Shown here: piece by piece, positions 18,800 to 31,478 of the stretch
Layout: the number at the start of each line of letters is the position of its first letter
How positions within the stretch are numbered: position 1 is the first letter of the stretch
From: Patescibacteria group bacterium
GTDB lineage: Bacteria > Patescibacteriota > Patescibacteriia > UBA9934 > GWF2-40-263
Direction: 5' to 3'
DNA: 64,000 bases
NCBI GenBank assembly: GCA_038065075.1
Contig: JBBTRQ010000019.1
Span: 9,456-73,455 of the forward strand
Made by a program: the position numbers and the translations under genes
The notes under the pieces: generated by a model
The model's input: the letters and a program-made list of their open reading frames with translations, nothing else
Told to the model about the DNA's origin: nothing
Databases searched by the model: none

Positions 18800-20248
18800 T
18801 TAATTTGGAGTCTGCTTGTGCCAATTTGTTCGATTTTGATACGTCGCGCCTATGCGGAAGAGCGTGTACTCATCAAATGGCTTACCGAGAATCTGGAGAC
18901 CAACAGGAAGACCGTCGACAAACCCGCACGGCACGGACATTCCTGGAACGGTCGCGAGGTTGGCGGTCACGGTGTAGATGTCGGCGAGGTACATCGCGAG
19001 CGGATCGTTGAACTTCTCGCCGATGTTCCAGGCGACCGTTGGGCTGGTTGGGCAGACGATCGCGTCGACGTTTTTGAATGCCTCGTCGAAGTCTCGCTTG
19101 ATAAGCGTGCGCACTTTAAGCGCCTTGCGGTAGTACGCATCGTAGTAGCCGGCCGAGAGTGTGTAGGAGCCTAGCATGATGCGGCGTTTCACTTCTGTCC
19201 CGAATCCCTCGCCTCGCGTGCGCTCATACGTCTCCTGCAAGTTCTCTCCCCCCGAGTGGTAGCCGTAGCGGAGTCCATCAAATCGTCCCAGGTTCGAGCT
19301 CGCTTCTGCTGGTTGGATGATGTAGTAGGCCGCGAGCGCGTACTCTGAATGCGGCATGGAGATCTCCTGGATCTTTGCGCCAGCTCGCTCTAATTCCGCG
19401 ATCGCCTCTTGCACGACTGTGGCAACCCGCGAATCCATCCCGCTCGCAAAATATTCTTTTGGTACTCCCAGCGTCATGCCGTCGACGGATTTCTCGATGA
19501 GTGCCGGCACCGTGGTGTTGGACAGTTCTGCGGATGTTCCGTCTTTCGGATCACGACCTTCGATGGCTTCCAAGAGTGTAGCGACATCTTCAACGGTTCG
19601 AGCAAAAGAACCGATCTGGTCCATGCTTGAACTTAATGCCATGAGGCCATAACGAGAAACACGACCGTACGTAGGCTTGAGACCAACGATTCCACACAAC
19701 GAAGCTGGTTGCCGAACCGAACCTCCGGTTTCACTTCCAAGCGCCGCTGGGACAAACCCAGCCGCCACCGCGGCGGCGGATCCTCCGCTCGAGCCGCCAG
19801 GCACCTTCGTTTTATCATACGGATTTTTCACCGGTCCGTAATGTGAGTTCTCATTTGACGAGCCCATGGCAAACTCATCACAGTTCGTTCGGCCGATTAA
19901 AATCGCTCCTGCCTTACGTAACCGCTCAATGGCCGTCGCGTCATACGGTGCCCGATATCCTTCCAAAATCTGCGAGCCCCCCGTTGTCTCCCAACCTTTC
20001 ACAACAATCACATCTTTGGTTCCAACAGGGATCCCCGCGAGTGGCCCAAGAGATTCTCCAGCCGCTCGTCGACGGTCGATCTCAATGGCCTCACTCACGG
20101 CCGTGTCTGAAACAGATAAAAAGGCATGGATGTCACTATCCTGTTCCTTGATTCTGTCGAGGTAACTCTTTGTGAGCGCCTCGGCGGTCAGTTCTCCGCT
20201 CGCGAGCTGGTCGCCCGCTTCTTTGATCGTCAATGTTGATACGTCCAT
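18800..20248 (-). CDS. gatA: Asp-tRNA(Asn)/Glu-tRNA(Gln) amidotransferase subunit A
   Basis: DEFAMGSS, PGGSSGGSAAAVA, GSETGGSVRQPA. Confidence 0.97.
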   Translation of the reverse strand: MDVSTLTIKEAGDQLASGELTAEALTKSYLDRIKEQDSDIHAFLSVSDTAVSEAIEIDRRRAAGESLGPLAGIPVGTKDVIVVKGWETTGGSQILEGYRAPYDATAIERLRKAGAILIGRTNCDEFAMGSSNENSHYGPVKNPYDKTKVPGGSSGGSAAAVAAGFVPAALGSETGGSVRQPASLCGIVGLKPTYGRVSRYGLMALSSSMDQIGSFARTVEDVATLLEAIEGRDPKDGTSAELSNTTVPALIEKSVDGMTLGVPKEYFASGMDSRVATVVQEAIAELERAGAKIQEISMPHSEYALAAYYIIQPAEASSNLGRFDGLRYGYHSGGENLQETYERTRGEGFGTEVKRRIMLGSYTLSAGYYDAYYRKALKVRTLIKRDFDEAFKNVDAIVCPTSPTVAWNIGEKFNDPLAMYLADIYTVTANLATVPGMSVPCGFVDGLPVGLQILGKPFDEYTLFRIGATYQNRTNWHKQTPN

Positions 20249-20250
20249 AC

Positions 20251-20556
20251 CTATTCGGTTCTGTTTTCAAACACCGCTTGTACTTTTAATAAATCCCCCT
20301 CGCGAGCCGTAAAGTTATCGATCGCGCGACGACGCACATCCGGGTCACACCCCTCGATGACATCCTCGCGGAACACATTCACACTCCCAGCCGCGTGCTG
20401 GAACTCGGGAACGTCATCCGTGTTCAGCTCTTGAAGCTTCTCCACGTAGGACAAAATCGAGCTAAGATCTTCTTGATACTTGACGATGTCCTCTTCCTCT
20501 AAATGAAGGCGGGCGAGCTTGGCAATTTTTAAGACTTCTTCTCTAGAAAACTGCAT
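20251..20556 (-). CDS. gatC: Amidotransferase subunit C
   Basis: EEVLKIAKLARL, ILSYVEKL, FRED. Confidence 0.93.
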   Translation of the reverse strand: MQFSREEVLKIAKLARLHLEEEDIVKYQEDLSSILSYVEKLQELNTDDVPEFQHAAGSVNVFREDVIEGCDPDVRRRAIDNFTAREGDLLKVQAVFENRTE

Positions 20557-20561
20557 AATCG

Positions 20562-20638
20562 ACGAATTACGAATGTTACGAATATACGAATGGGAAAATT
20601 CTATTCGTAATTCGCATATTCGTATCCCATTCGTAATT
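20562..20638. repeat. Inverted array of TACGAAT/ATTCGTA heptamers
   Basis: Three or four ACGAAT units followed by four ATTCG(T/C)A units. Confidence 0.7.
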
Positions 20639-20643
20639 AGCGA

Positions 20644-23477
<2,834 letters not shown>

Positions 23478-23606
23478 ACAGGACGATTATACCAAAAAAC
23501 GAGGCAGAGTGCCTCGTTTTGACGCCCCTTAAAGGGGCTGTGAAGTAGATTATTCACAGGGCCTTTCCTGCCCGCCATAGCTTCAGCGACGGCGGGAGGC
23601 CCGTTT

Positions 23607-24110
23607 CTACTGTGCGCAGATTCCCGCTTCCATACCATCTGGCGTGGCACAATTCACTCCCGCCTGAAGTCCGACCGGTGTGAGAGCATTCTCAAGTTCA
23701 AAATGGATCACGTACGATTCCCCTTCTTTCTGAACGCTGTAGCAAAACGCTCGACGCGAAGGCTCACCGCACGTCACGATTCCCTCAAGTCCGTCCTCGT
23801 ACGTTCCTGGGACGACGCGCAGATACGTCGACTCAGCCGTTGAACAATCCCCGCCGAACCCCTCGGAGCCTAAGCAGGTACTTTGCGTCACGTCGCCCAA
23901 TGGCAGAAGCTCACCATCGGGATAGGCGTTCGCCTCATTGAAGTAATCCTCCAGTGCGGACTGGACGATGCGCACGTTGGCGAGGCGCGAGGCATCCCGC
24001 TGTTTGGACCGTGCCGCGTTGACAGCCAGCGCCGCGAACACGACGACGAGCGCGATGATCGCGATGACGACCAGGAGCTCGACGAGGGTAAACCCTTGTT
24101 GTTTTTTCAT
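23607..24110 (-). CDS. Type IV pilin-like protein
   Basis: GFTLVELLVVIAII N-methylation motif. Confidence 0.92.
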   Translation of the reverse strand: MKKQQGFTLVELLVVIAIIALVVVFAALAVNAARSKQRDASRLANVRIVQSALEDYFNEANAYPDGELLPLGDVTQSTCLGSEGFGGDCSTAESTYLRVVPGTYEDGLEGIVTCGEPSRRAFCYSVQKEGESYVIHFELENALTPVGLQAGVNCATPDGMEAGICAQ

Positions 24111-24490
24111 AAAGATGTTTTCTCTTCTAAGAGACGTTTTACTTTTTTGACGGCTTCAGATGGAACGAAGTGACCCTTGAGAAGATAGCTATCGACTCCG
24201 GCTTCCTGTGCCTTGAGCAGGGTCTTACGGTCGCCGAGCTTTGCCAAACCGACGATCAGCGTACCGGCTGTCTTGGGATCCGACCGCAGACCGGCGATAA
24301 AACCCGTCGACTCGACCAGCGGCTCCAGGTCCACGATGATGACGTCCGGGTGTACTCGCTTGAGTCGTTTGATGGCGCCCGCGAGGGTCTCTTCCACCCA
24401 CACCTTCCACCCGGCGCTTTCAAATCGATTCGCGTAAATACCGGCATAGTACGCGTCTTGATCAAGCATGAGCAGAGACTTCTTTGCCAT
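24107..24490 (-). CDS. Single-domain response regulator
   Basis: REC fold: PDVIIVDL, AQEAGVDSYLLK. Confidence 0.85.
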   Translation of the reverse strand: MAKKSLLMLDQDAYYAGIYANRFESAGWKVWVEETLAGAIKRLKRVHPDVIIVDLEPLVESTGFIAGLRSDPKTAGTLIVGLAKLGDRKTLLKAQEAGVDSYLLKGHFVPSEAVKKVKRLLEEKTSL

Positions 24491-24491
24491 A

Positions 24492-25625
24492 CTATTCGAT
24501 CTCTCGCATCGCCAGACCAACCGCCACGCTCATGCGCGGGCCGATTTCTTCCAGGACGCTTGCGAGATCTTGTGGAAAGACGACGCGTGCCCAGGGGTCG
24601 CCACGGTAGACGTTGAGGTTGAGCGTCTGCGCCAAATACTCCGTCACGCGCGGCAAGTGAGATGAGCCACCCGTCAAAATAATCTTCTCCACCTTCTTGA
24701 TCAGAGCGAGCTCCATGCCTGCGTACAACTGGAACGCAAATCGAATCTCGTTGATGAGCGGAAGCATGAGCACCTCTAACACCTTTGGAAGATCGCCCGT
24801 GAGTCCCGAGCCTGTCGCTGAAGCGGTGCCCAGGTCGCGCTTGATACGCTCGGCATCCTCTTCTGACAAAGACATCTGTTGCATCACCGCGCGCGTGACG
24901 GTGTCCCCTCCCAACTGGATCGAACGCGACACAAACGGAATCCCCTTCTCCACGATCATGATCGTCGTGCGCTGTGAGCCGATATCAATGACCATGATGG
25001 CCCCTTTGTCTTTTCCAACGAGCGCGCGAACAAGCGCGAGCGATTCCGTGTCGATGGCTTGAAGGTTGAGCTTCGCCGCTTTAAAAATTTCGATGTACTT
25101 CTGGATGAACGACTTGGCCGACCCCGTGACCATCGCGCGAAACTGCTTTTGCTTCCCCTTTTCCATCTCCCCACCCGCCATAGCTTTAGCGACGGCGGGT
25201 TCCCCCTTTTTTCCTTTCTCGGGTTTCTTTTCCTCGTCCAAATACGTCGTCTGGATAATCATCTCGGAAAGGGGCAGTGGCGCGAGCTTCCCAACCTCTG
25301 CGTCCACGGCAGCCTGTTTCGCCCGCGCGTCTTTTCCGTCGGTGAGTGAAAGAATCGTCGCAAACACTCGCGAGGTCGGAAGCGCGGCCATCGCGGAAGT
25401 GGATTTGGTTCCGGCTTCCTTGCACACGCGCGCGAGCAACTCGCCGGTTCGCTTAGGCTGGTCAAACAAAGACTCTCCTGCTTCTTCAACGGGAATCTCC
25501 GCGTATCCGTACGTCATCAAAATGGGCCGACCCTTCTTTGCCTCAAACTCGACGACCTTAATACTGCTAGCGCCGATGTCGACCCCCAAAAAACTTTTTG
25601 GCTGTTTCTTTCCGAACAAGCCCAT
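24492..25625 (-). CDS. pilM: Type IV pilus assembly protein PilM
   Basis: LGVDIGASSIKVVE, IDIG, ILTGGSS, VAVGLAMR. Confidence 0.93.
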   Translation of the reverse strand: MGLFGKKQPKSFLGVDIGASSIKVVEFEAKKGRPILMTYGYAEIPVEEAGESLFDQPKRTGELLARVCKEAGTKSTSAMAALPTSRVFATILSLTDGKDARAKQAAVDAEVGKLAPLPLSEMIIQTTYLDEEKKPEKGKKGEPAVAKAMAGGEMEKGKQKQFRAMVTGSAKSFIQKYIEIFKAAKLNLQAIDTESLALVRALVGKDKGAIMVIDIGSQRTTIMIVEKGIPFVSRSIQLGGDTVTRAVMQQMSLSEEDAERIKRDLGTASATGSGLTGDLPKVLEVLMLPLINEIRFAFQLYAGMELALIKKVEKIILTGGSSHLPRVTEYLAQTLNLNVYRGDPWARVVFPQDLASVLEEIGPRMSVAVGLAMREIE

Positions 25626-25647
25626 AGGTAGGAACAGTATAACACAA

Positions 25648-26052
25648 TTAACACCTCTGTTCATCGAGACATTTGTTCACGAGCGCGTCGGCTTCCTTGT
25701 TCTTCTCGCGACGCACGTGCGTGAACGACACGTGGTCAAATTTGTGCAATAAATTCTTCACTTCCAAAAACCGCTTGGCGATTTCCGGATCCTTCACGCG
25801 ATACTCGCCCTTGAGCTGTTTGGTTGCGAGCTCAGAATCCATAAAGAGCGAGACCTGCGTTGCCCCAAGCTTGGCGGCGCGCTCGAGTCCGATGATGATG
25901 GCGGTGTACTCGGCCTGGTTATTCGTCGTCTTGCCAAGATACTTCATCACCTCCGCGATCAGCTCCCCATCTGGCGACTTAATCACCGCTCCGCTCGCGG
26001 CCGGCCCCGGATTCCCTCTCGCCCCACCGTCTGTGTAAATGTGTACGTGCAT
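25648..26052 (-). CDS. rnhA: Ribonuclease HI
   Basis: YTDGGARGNPGPA, TNNQAEY, DSEL, REKNKEAD. Confidence 0.93.
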   Translation of the reverse strand: MHVHIYTDGGARGNPGPAASGAVIKSPDGELIAEVMKYLGKTTNNQAEYTAIIIGLERAAKLGATQVSLFMDSELATKQLKGEYRVKDPEIAKRFLEVKNLLHKFDHVSFTHVRREKNKEADALVNKCLDEQRC

Positions 26053-26063
26053 AAATTGCCCCC

Positions 26064-26141
26064 CGTCATTGCGAGGAGGCCATAGGCCGACGAAGCAATC
26101 CTCAAAGATTGCTTCGCTCCCTTCGGTCGCTCGCAATGACG
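26064..26141. repeat. CGTC-type REP doublet
   Basis: CGTCATTGCGAG...GAAGCAATC / GATTGCTTC...CTCGCAATGACG. Confidence 0.8.
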
Positions 26142-26144
26142 AGA

Positions 26145-27944
26145 CTAGTGAGTTTGTAAATCTACAATACGAATTTGGAGCTGTCGGTTGCCGTTCCATT
26201 CGTTCACCTGAATCTCGAAGGCGACGTCGATCTGTGCGCCGTACGTCAACTTCGTGATCCAGCTCCCAAATCCAAATCCAATCGCCTCCACCAGTTTACC
26301 AGTTGCCGAAGCTAAACGCAGTTTAAGATGTCCACCGTCACGACCGACCGTTGAAAACGCGGCCACGCTCACGTTGCGCGAGACGAACACCGGAACAGGA
26401 TTCCCCGTTCCAAACGGATGAAAGGCCTGAAGCTCGTCGAACAGCTCCCAGGTAATTTTCTCGAGCGGAATCTCTGCGTCGATCGTGAGTCGCGGTTCGA
26501 GATCCTCTGGCTTCAGTTCTCTCGCGGCAAATTCTTTCATCATCTCCATGGCCTTGTGGAATCGCTCCTCGCCGCTCACGGAAAAACCGCACGCCTGCGG
26601 ATGGCCGCCGAACTTGTCCAAAAACTCGCTGGCATAGTGAAGGGCCTTGGTTACATCAAACCCCTCGATACTCCGACCTGAACCGACAAACTTCTCCCCG
26701 TCTTGTCCCACAACCAATACCGGTCGGTGATACTCGTTCATCAATTTTCCGGCGACGAGACCGACGAGCCCCGCGCCCCAACCTTCCTGATACGCAACGA
26801 TCAACGATTCGCCGATGGCCTCGCCAATCTGCTTCTTTGCCTGCTCAAACATGAGCTGTGAGGCCTTCTGCCGCTCGACGTTGAGTTCATGAAGTCTCAT
26901 CGCCAGCGCTGTCGCGCGCACGTCATCCTCTTCGACGAGCAGATCAAGCGCTTCGCTGGCATGTGTCATGCGACCAGCGGCGTTCAAACGTGGACCAATC
27001 TGGAACCCGATAGAAACCGTGTCGAGCTCCCCAAGTTTTGAACCGGACACGTCGAGGAGTTTCTGAATACCTTTGCGGCGTGTCTTGTTGAGGACGAGGA
27101 GTCCATACTTCTCAAGCACGCGATTCTCACCACGCAGGGGCATCACGTCCGTCACGGTCGCGATCGCCACCAGATCGAGGAGCCATTTCTCATGACCATC
27201 AGGAAATGCCCCTCCACGATTTCGAGCCTCGACAATAAGAGCGCTCGCCAGCTTGAACGCCACGCCCGTTCCGCACAGATGCTTGTTGGGAAACGTTTCG
27301 CCTGGCACCAACGGGTGGATGAGAATGGCGGAAGTCGGGAGCTGTGCGGGCATGGTGTGATGATCACAAACGATCGTGTCGATCCCCAGCGTGGCGCCGC
27401 GGTCGATGGCCGGCTTGTTCGAAATCCCGCAGTCGACCGTGATGACCAGCTCTGTGTTCTCGTGTTCGTTCAAATGCTCGATCGTCTCAATAGACATCCC
27501 ATATCCTTCTTTCTCGCGGTGCGGGATGTACGTCGTGATCTTGGTTTCGTCAAAAGAAGAGATTGCTTCGGTCCCGCCACGCTTCGCTCGCGGCTTCGGC
27601 GTACTCCCTCGCAATGACACAGAACGTAACGCCCGGCAAATCTCCCGCAGGGTCGTGACGAGCACGGCCGTCCCGCACGTGCCGTCCGCATCGTAGTCGC
27701 CGTGAATCGTGATGACCTCAGCCCGCTCGAGAGCTTGGAACACACGCCCCACGGCCCGTTTCATGTGTAAAAAAAGCTCGGGACCAAACGTGTCCCGGCT
27801 CCAATCTGGTCCCAAAAAAATATCCATCTCTCCTTGCGTCTTGAGACCCCGATTCCAGAGCAACTGCAAAATAACGTCGTCGAGTTCAGGAAACTGACGT
27901 TGCACGTCTTGTGAGACTGGTTCCTGAACCATCCAACGTTTCAT
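26145..27944 (-). CDS. recJ: ssDNA-specific exonuclease RecJ
   Basis: GDYDADG, TVDCG, DHH, PRLNAAGR, GSGRS, FGGH. Confidence 0.96.
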   Translation of the reverse strand: MKRWMVQEPVSQDVQRQFPELDDVILQLLWNRGLKTQGEMDIFLGPDWSRDTFGPELFLHMKRAVGRVFQALERAEVITIHGDYDADGTCGTAVLVTTLREICRALRSVSLRGSTPKPRAKRGGTEAISSFDETKITTYIPHREKEGYGMSIETIEHLNEHENTELVITVDCGISNKPAIDRGATLGIDTIVCDHHTMPAQLPTSAILIHPLVPGETFPNKHLCGTGVAFKLASALIVEARNRGGAFPDGHEKWLLDLVAIATVTDVMPLRGENRVLEKYGLLVLNKTRRKGIQKLLDVSGSKLGELDTVSIGFQIGPRLNAAGRMTHASEALDLLVEEDDVRATALAMRLHELNVERQKASQLMFEQAKKQIGEAIGESLIVAYQEGWGAGLVGLVAGKLMNEYHRPVLVVGQDGEKFVGSGRSIEGFDVTKALHYASEFLDKFGGHPQACGFSVSGEERFHKAMEMMKEFAARELKPEDLEPRLTIDAEIPLEKITWELFDELQAFHPFGTGNPVPVFVSRNVSVAAFSTVGRDGGHLKLRLASATGKLVEAIGFGFGSWITKLTYGAQIDVAFEIQVNEWNGNRQLQIRIVDLQTH

Positions 27945-29812
27945 GAATCTCGTTTCAGTACTTTTAGGTAGGCGTCTGTTGGAATGCTGACACGCCCTTT
28001 TCCAAGCGCGGCCATCTTTGCCTTTCCTTTTTTCTGTTTCTCGAGAAGCTTGCGCTTACGCGTCACGTCGCCGCCATAGAGGCCGGCTGTCACGTCTTTA
28101 CGCATCGCGGAAATCCGTTCCGAGGCGACGACTTTACCTCCCACGCTCGCTTGCAGTTTGATAACGAAATTCTGACGCGGGATCGTGTCCTTCAACACCG
28201 CGGTGATACGCCGCCCGGCTCGATCTGCTTCGTCGCGGTAGACCAGGGTGGAAAAAGCGTCCACCGGTTCTTCCGCAACCAAGATGTCCATCTTCACCAC
28301 GTCGGCCGGTCGGTAATCAATCACCTCGTAGTTGAGCGACGCGTAGCCAGCCGTGATGCTTTTGAGTTTATCGTAAAAATCCACGATGATCATGGCAAGC
28401 GGAATCTGATAGTGGAGAATGGCACGATCGCCAGCGAGATACTCGGTTGTCTCATACAACCCCCGTCGTTCCTGCATGAGCTGCATAATGGCGCCGATGT
28501 AGGAACTGGGACTGACAATATCGACCTTCACCCATGGTTCACGAATGACCTCGATGTGCGAGGGGTCGGGAAGCTCAAGCGGACTCTTGATCACGATAGT
28601 CTCACCGCGGCGCAGAACCACCTCATACGCCACAGACGGCACTGTCACGACCAGACTCATGTTGAACTCACGCTCAAGTCGCTCTTTGAGAATCTCCAGG
28701 TGCAACATGCCCAGCAGTCCACAACGGAATCCAAAACCCAGCGCCGGCGAGTGCTCGGACTCATAGACCAACGCGGAGTCGTTTAATTTGAGACGCTCAA
28801 TCGCTTCGCGCAAACGATGGAAATCATCACCCTCCTGCGGAAAGACACCGGCGAACACCATCGGTTTGACTTCCTTATAGCCAGGAAGCGCAGGCGGGAG
28901 ATGATCAGCAGGAACGGTAATGGTGTCACCAACTCGACAACCGCTGAGATCCTTGAGTCCGGTGACGATGTACCCAATTTGTCCAGCCTCTAACGTATCA
29001 GCAGATTTGAGAGCCCCCGGCGTGATCGCCCCGGTCTCAAGCACCTGAATGTCGGCGCCGGTGGCGATCATCTTTACCTTTTTGCCTTTGTGCAGGGCGC
29101 CGTCGACGACACGGATATATGCCATCACTCCTCGGTAGTCGTCGTAGAACGAATCAAAAATGAGGGCACGCGTAGGTGCGGCAGGGTCGCCAGACGGAGG
29201 TGGAAACCGTTGGACGATCGCATCAAGCAATTCCATCACCCCCTGTCCCGTCTTTCCACTCACCGCCAAAATCTCCTCGGGCTTACACCCGATAAGGGAC
29301 ACGATCTCAGCCGTGCGCGCTGGGATATCCGCCGCCGGCAGATCAATCTTGTTGAGGACGGGAATGATCTCGAGGTTCTCCTCAAGTGCGAGATACAAGT
29401 TTCCAATCGTCTGCGCCTGCACGCCCTGTGTGGCGTCGACGAGCAAGATCGCTCCCTCCACGGCCGCAAGAGACCGACTCACTTCGTAATTGAAGTCAAC
29501 GTGTCCCGGTGTGTCGATGAGGTTCAGGATGTATGTATCGGGGGGTACTTGCCGATCCAGATGGGATCCCTCGACTCGCTTCGCTCGCTCGGGATGACCC
29601 CCGCCAGAATACTTATAACCCATTCTGGCAGGGGTCAGCTTAATCGTGATCCCGCGCTCGCGTTCGATGTCCATGGAGTCGAGGATTTGCGCCTTCATGT
29701 TGCGTTTGTCTACCGCGCCGGTCAATTCCAAAAGCCGATCCGCGAGGGTCGACTTTCCATGATCGATGTGGGCGATGATACAGAAGTTTCGAATGTGCGC
29801 TTGATCGGCCAT
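27941..29812 (-). CDS. lepA: Elongation factor 4
   Basis: AHIDHGKSTLADR, DTPGH, GFRCG.LGMLH, KRKLLEKQKKGK. Confidence 0.97.
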   Translation of the reverse strand: MADQAHIRNFCIIAHIDHGKSTLADRLLELTGAVDKRNMKAQILDSMDIERERGITIKLTPARMGYKYSGGGHPERAKRVEGSHLDRQVPPDTYILNLIDTPGHVDFNYEVSRSLAAVEGAILLVDATQGVQAQTIGNLYLALEENLEIIPVLNKIDLPAADIPARTAEIVSLIGCKPEEILAVSGKTGQGVMELLDAIVQRFPPPSGDPAAPTRALIFDSFYDDYRGVMAYIRVVDGALHKGKKVKMIATGADIQVLETGAITPGALKSADTLEAGQIGYIVTGLKDLSGCRVGDTITVPADHLPPALPGYKEVKPMVFAGVFPQEGDDFHRLREAIERLKLNDSALVYESEHSPALGFGFRCGLLGMLHLEILKERLEREFNMSLVVTVPSVAYEVVLRRGETIVIKSPLELPDPSHIEVIREPWVKVDIVSPSSYIGAIMQLMQERRGLYETTEYLAGDRAILHYQIPLAMIIVDFYDKLKSITAGYASLNYEVIDYRPADVVKMDILVAEEPVDAFSTLVYRDEADRAGRRITAVLKDTIPRQNFVIKLQASVGGKVVASERISAMRKDVTAGLYGGDVTRKRKLLEKQKKGKAKMAALGKGRVSIPTDAYLKVLKRDS

Positions 29813-29870
29813 AATCGCGACTATCCTACCTAAAATAGAAAAGACGCGCTAGTTGCGCGTCTGCGTGGCG

Positions 29871-30170
29871 CTAGGCGAACAGGAGGATCCCGCCGATCAT
29901 GCCGACCACGAAGCTGCAGGCGCTAACGCCGACCCAGACCGTGTGCCATGAGTGCAACCACGGCCATGGATCGGGCGCGGGCTGCAGGGCAGCGAGCGCC
30001 TGAACGGTTACGGTGTCATCGAGCTCGAGCTCGAGAACCTGTTCCTCGACGGGCGGCCGCCAAAACGGCGCCCCGACCGTGTCGTCCGGTCGCATGAGCG
30101 GCTGTGGCTTCTGCGGGACGATCACGTCGACAATCGTGGTCTCTTCTCCCCTTCGCGTCGATGCGTGCAT
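29871..30170 (-). CDS. Small protein with C-terminal TM helix
   Basis: GAGGAGG RBS; hydrophobic C-terminus. Confidence 0.55.
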   Translation of the reverse strand: MHASTRRGEETTIVDVIVPQKPQPLMRPDDTVGAPFWRPPVEEQVLELELDDTVTVQALAALQPAPDPWPWLHSWHTVWVGVSACSFVVGMIGGILLFA

Positions 30171-30266
30171 TGATCCTCCTCAAGATGAATAGCACGGCGA
30201 AAGGATACAGAACCATCGCCAACCAGTCAATCCCAGTTAAGCAACAGGTCTAATATGTTCCCTCAA

Positions 30267-30294
30267 GAAAAGAACCATCAGATGATGGTTCTTT
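30267..30294 (-). terminator. Terminator closing the WD40/AAA operon
   Basis: AAAGAACCATCA..TGATGGTTCTTT hairpin with T run. Confidence 0.7.
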
Positions 30295-30320
30295 GACGAA
30301 TGTTCCGGACGGCGTTTGTC

Positions 30321-31352
30321 CTACCAGATCGCCGCGGCCAGTGCCTCGGGGGTGAGGATGGTGTTGCGTCCCAAGTCCGGACAACCGAAGTCCAAGAGAC
30401 AGGGGGCATAGCAGTCGGACGATCTTGCCGGACACTGTGTGCGGTTCTTGGAAACCAGCAGTCCCTTGCCATCATCCACGGGGATGACCGCGTCGACCAC
30501 TTCCCAGAAGTCCGTAAGCGCAAGCTCCAGCTGACCATCCGGCCAGCTCATGGCGTGCAGGCAGCCGCCTCCGCGGGTGCCATCCACGACCAAGGTGTCC
30601 CACTGCCCCACGAACAGGGTGTTTCCTGTGAAGATAAGTGCGCGAATCTCTCCGCGTGAGTGAGCGGTGAGCTCCGGCCTGTGGCGTGCCGCTCCAGTCC
30701 TCACGTCCACCAGGTGGATCTGTCCGCCTTGTGTCCCACACAGAAGCTCTCCCTTAGGCGTGAAGGTGAGAGCCCAGATGCTGGAGTCCAGCCGGAGGCT
30801 ATGGAGAGTATGGAATCTGCCATCTCCCTGCCTTGAGAGGATCTTCAGGTATCCATCCCACATCCCCACCGCCAGGATGGAACCGTCTGAAGAGAATGCC
30901 AAGCGCAAGATCTGACCCTCAAACCCCTCGAGGCACCGGAAGGTATCGCTCCCGGGATATCTCAAGAAGAGCACATTCTCGTCACCCCCTGTGGCAAGGA
31001 TGCCGTCCTGGGACAGGGCGAGGTGGTTGACAGACCAACTGGAGCTCACAATCGGTTCACCTCTTTGGCACAGATACTCCACATCCCACTCACGCAGGGT
31101 GTGGTCGTGGCTGCACGAGTAGAGGGTGCGGCCATCAGACGAGAGCGCGAGGCCGGCTACACTGTCGGTATGCCCTTCAAGGACACTACAAACTTCCCCG
31201 GTCTCCACACTCCACAGATGGATACGAGGATCCGCGTTGAATCCCCCGCCCGCCAGTGTCTTCTCGTCCTGGGACAGAGCCAGGCACCAGATCCAGCTAT
31301 TGTGCCCCCTGAACAATCGCCGAGTGGTCGGCTCGGAAACGATGCGGGTCAT
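30321..31352 (-). CDS. WD40 beta-propeller protein, copy 1 (343 aa)
   Basis: GH..WIWCLALS.D, GHTDSV.GLA.S.D...LYSCSHD.TLREWD; AAGGAG RBS. Confidence 0.92.
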   Translation of the reverse strand: MTRIVSEPTTRRLFRGHNSWIWCLALSQDEKTLAGGGFNADPRIHLWSVETGEVCSVLEGHTDSVAGLALSSDGRTLYSCSHDHTLREWDVEYLCQRGEPIVSSSWSVNHLALSQDGILATGGDENVLFLRYPGSDTFRCLEGFEGQILRLAFSSDGSILAVGMWDGYLKILSRQGDGRFHTLHSLRLDSSIWALTFTPKGELLCGTQGGQIHLVDVRTGAARHRPELTAHSRGEIRALIFTGNTLFVGQWDTLVVDGTRGGGCLHAMSWPDGQLELALTDFWEVVDAVIPVDDGKGLLVSKNRTQCPARSSDCYAPCLLDFGCPDLGRNTILTPEALAAAIW

Positions 31353-31363
31353 GGTGGTCTCCT

Positions 31364-31461
31364 TTGAATGAACGTCTTGACCATGAAAGGTCGATGGCTC
31401 GCAGGGGCGAGCGTCAACCTCTCGTGGAAAAGGCCTAACGAGTTGCGTGTCGCTAGGCATG
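31364..31461 (-). repeat. Intercistronic structured repeat R, copy 1
   Basis: ~100-nt element shared with 32522, 35342 and 36501. Confidence 0.9.
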
Positions 31462-31478
31462 TGGTGGTAGTGCCCGTT

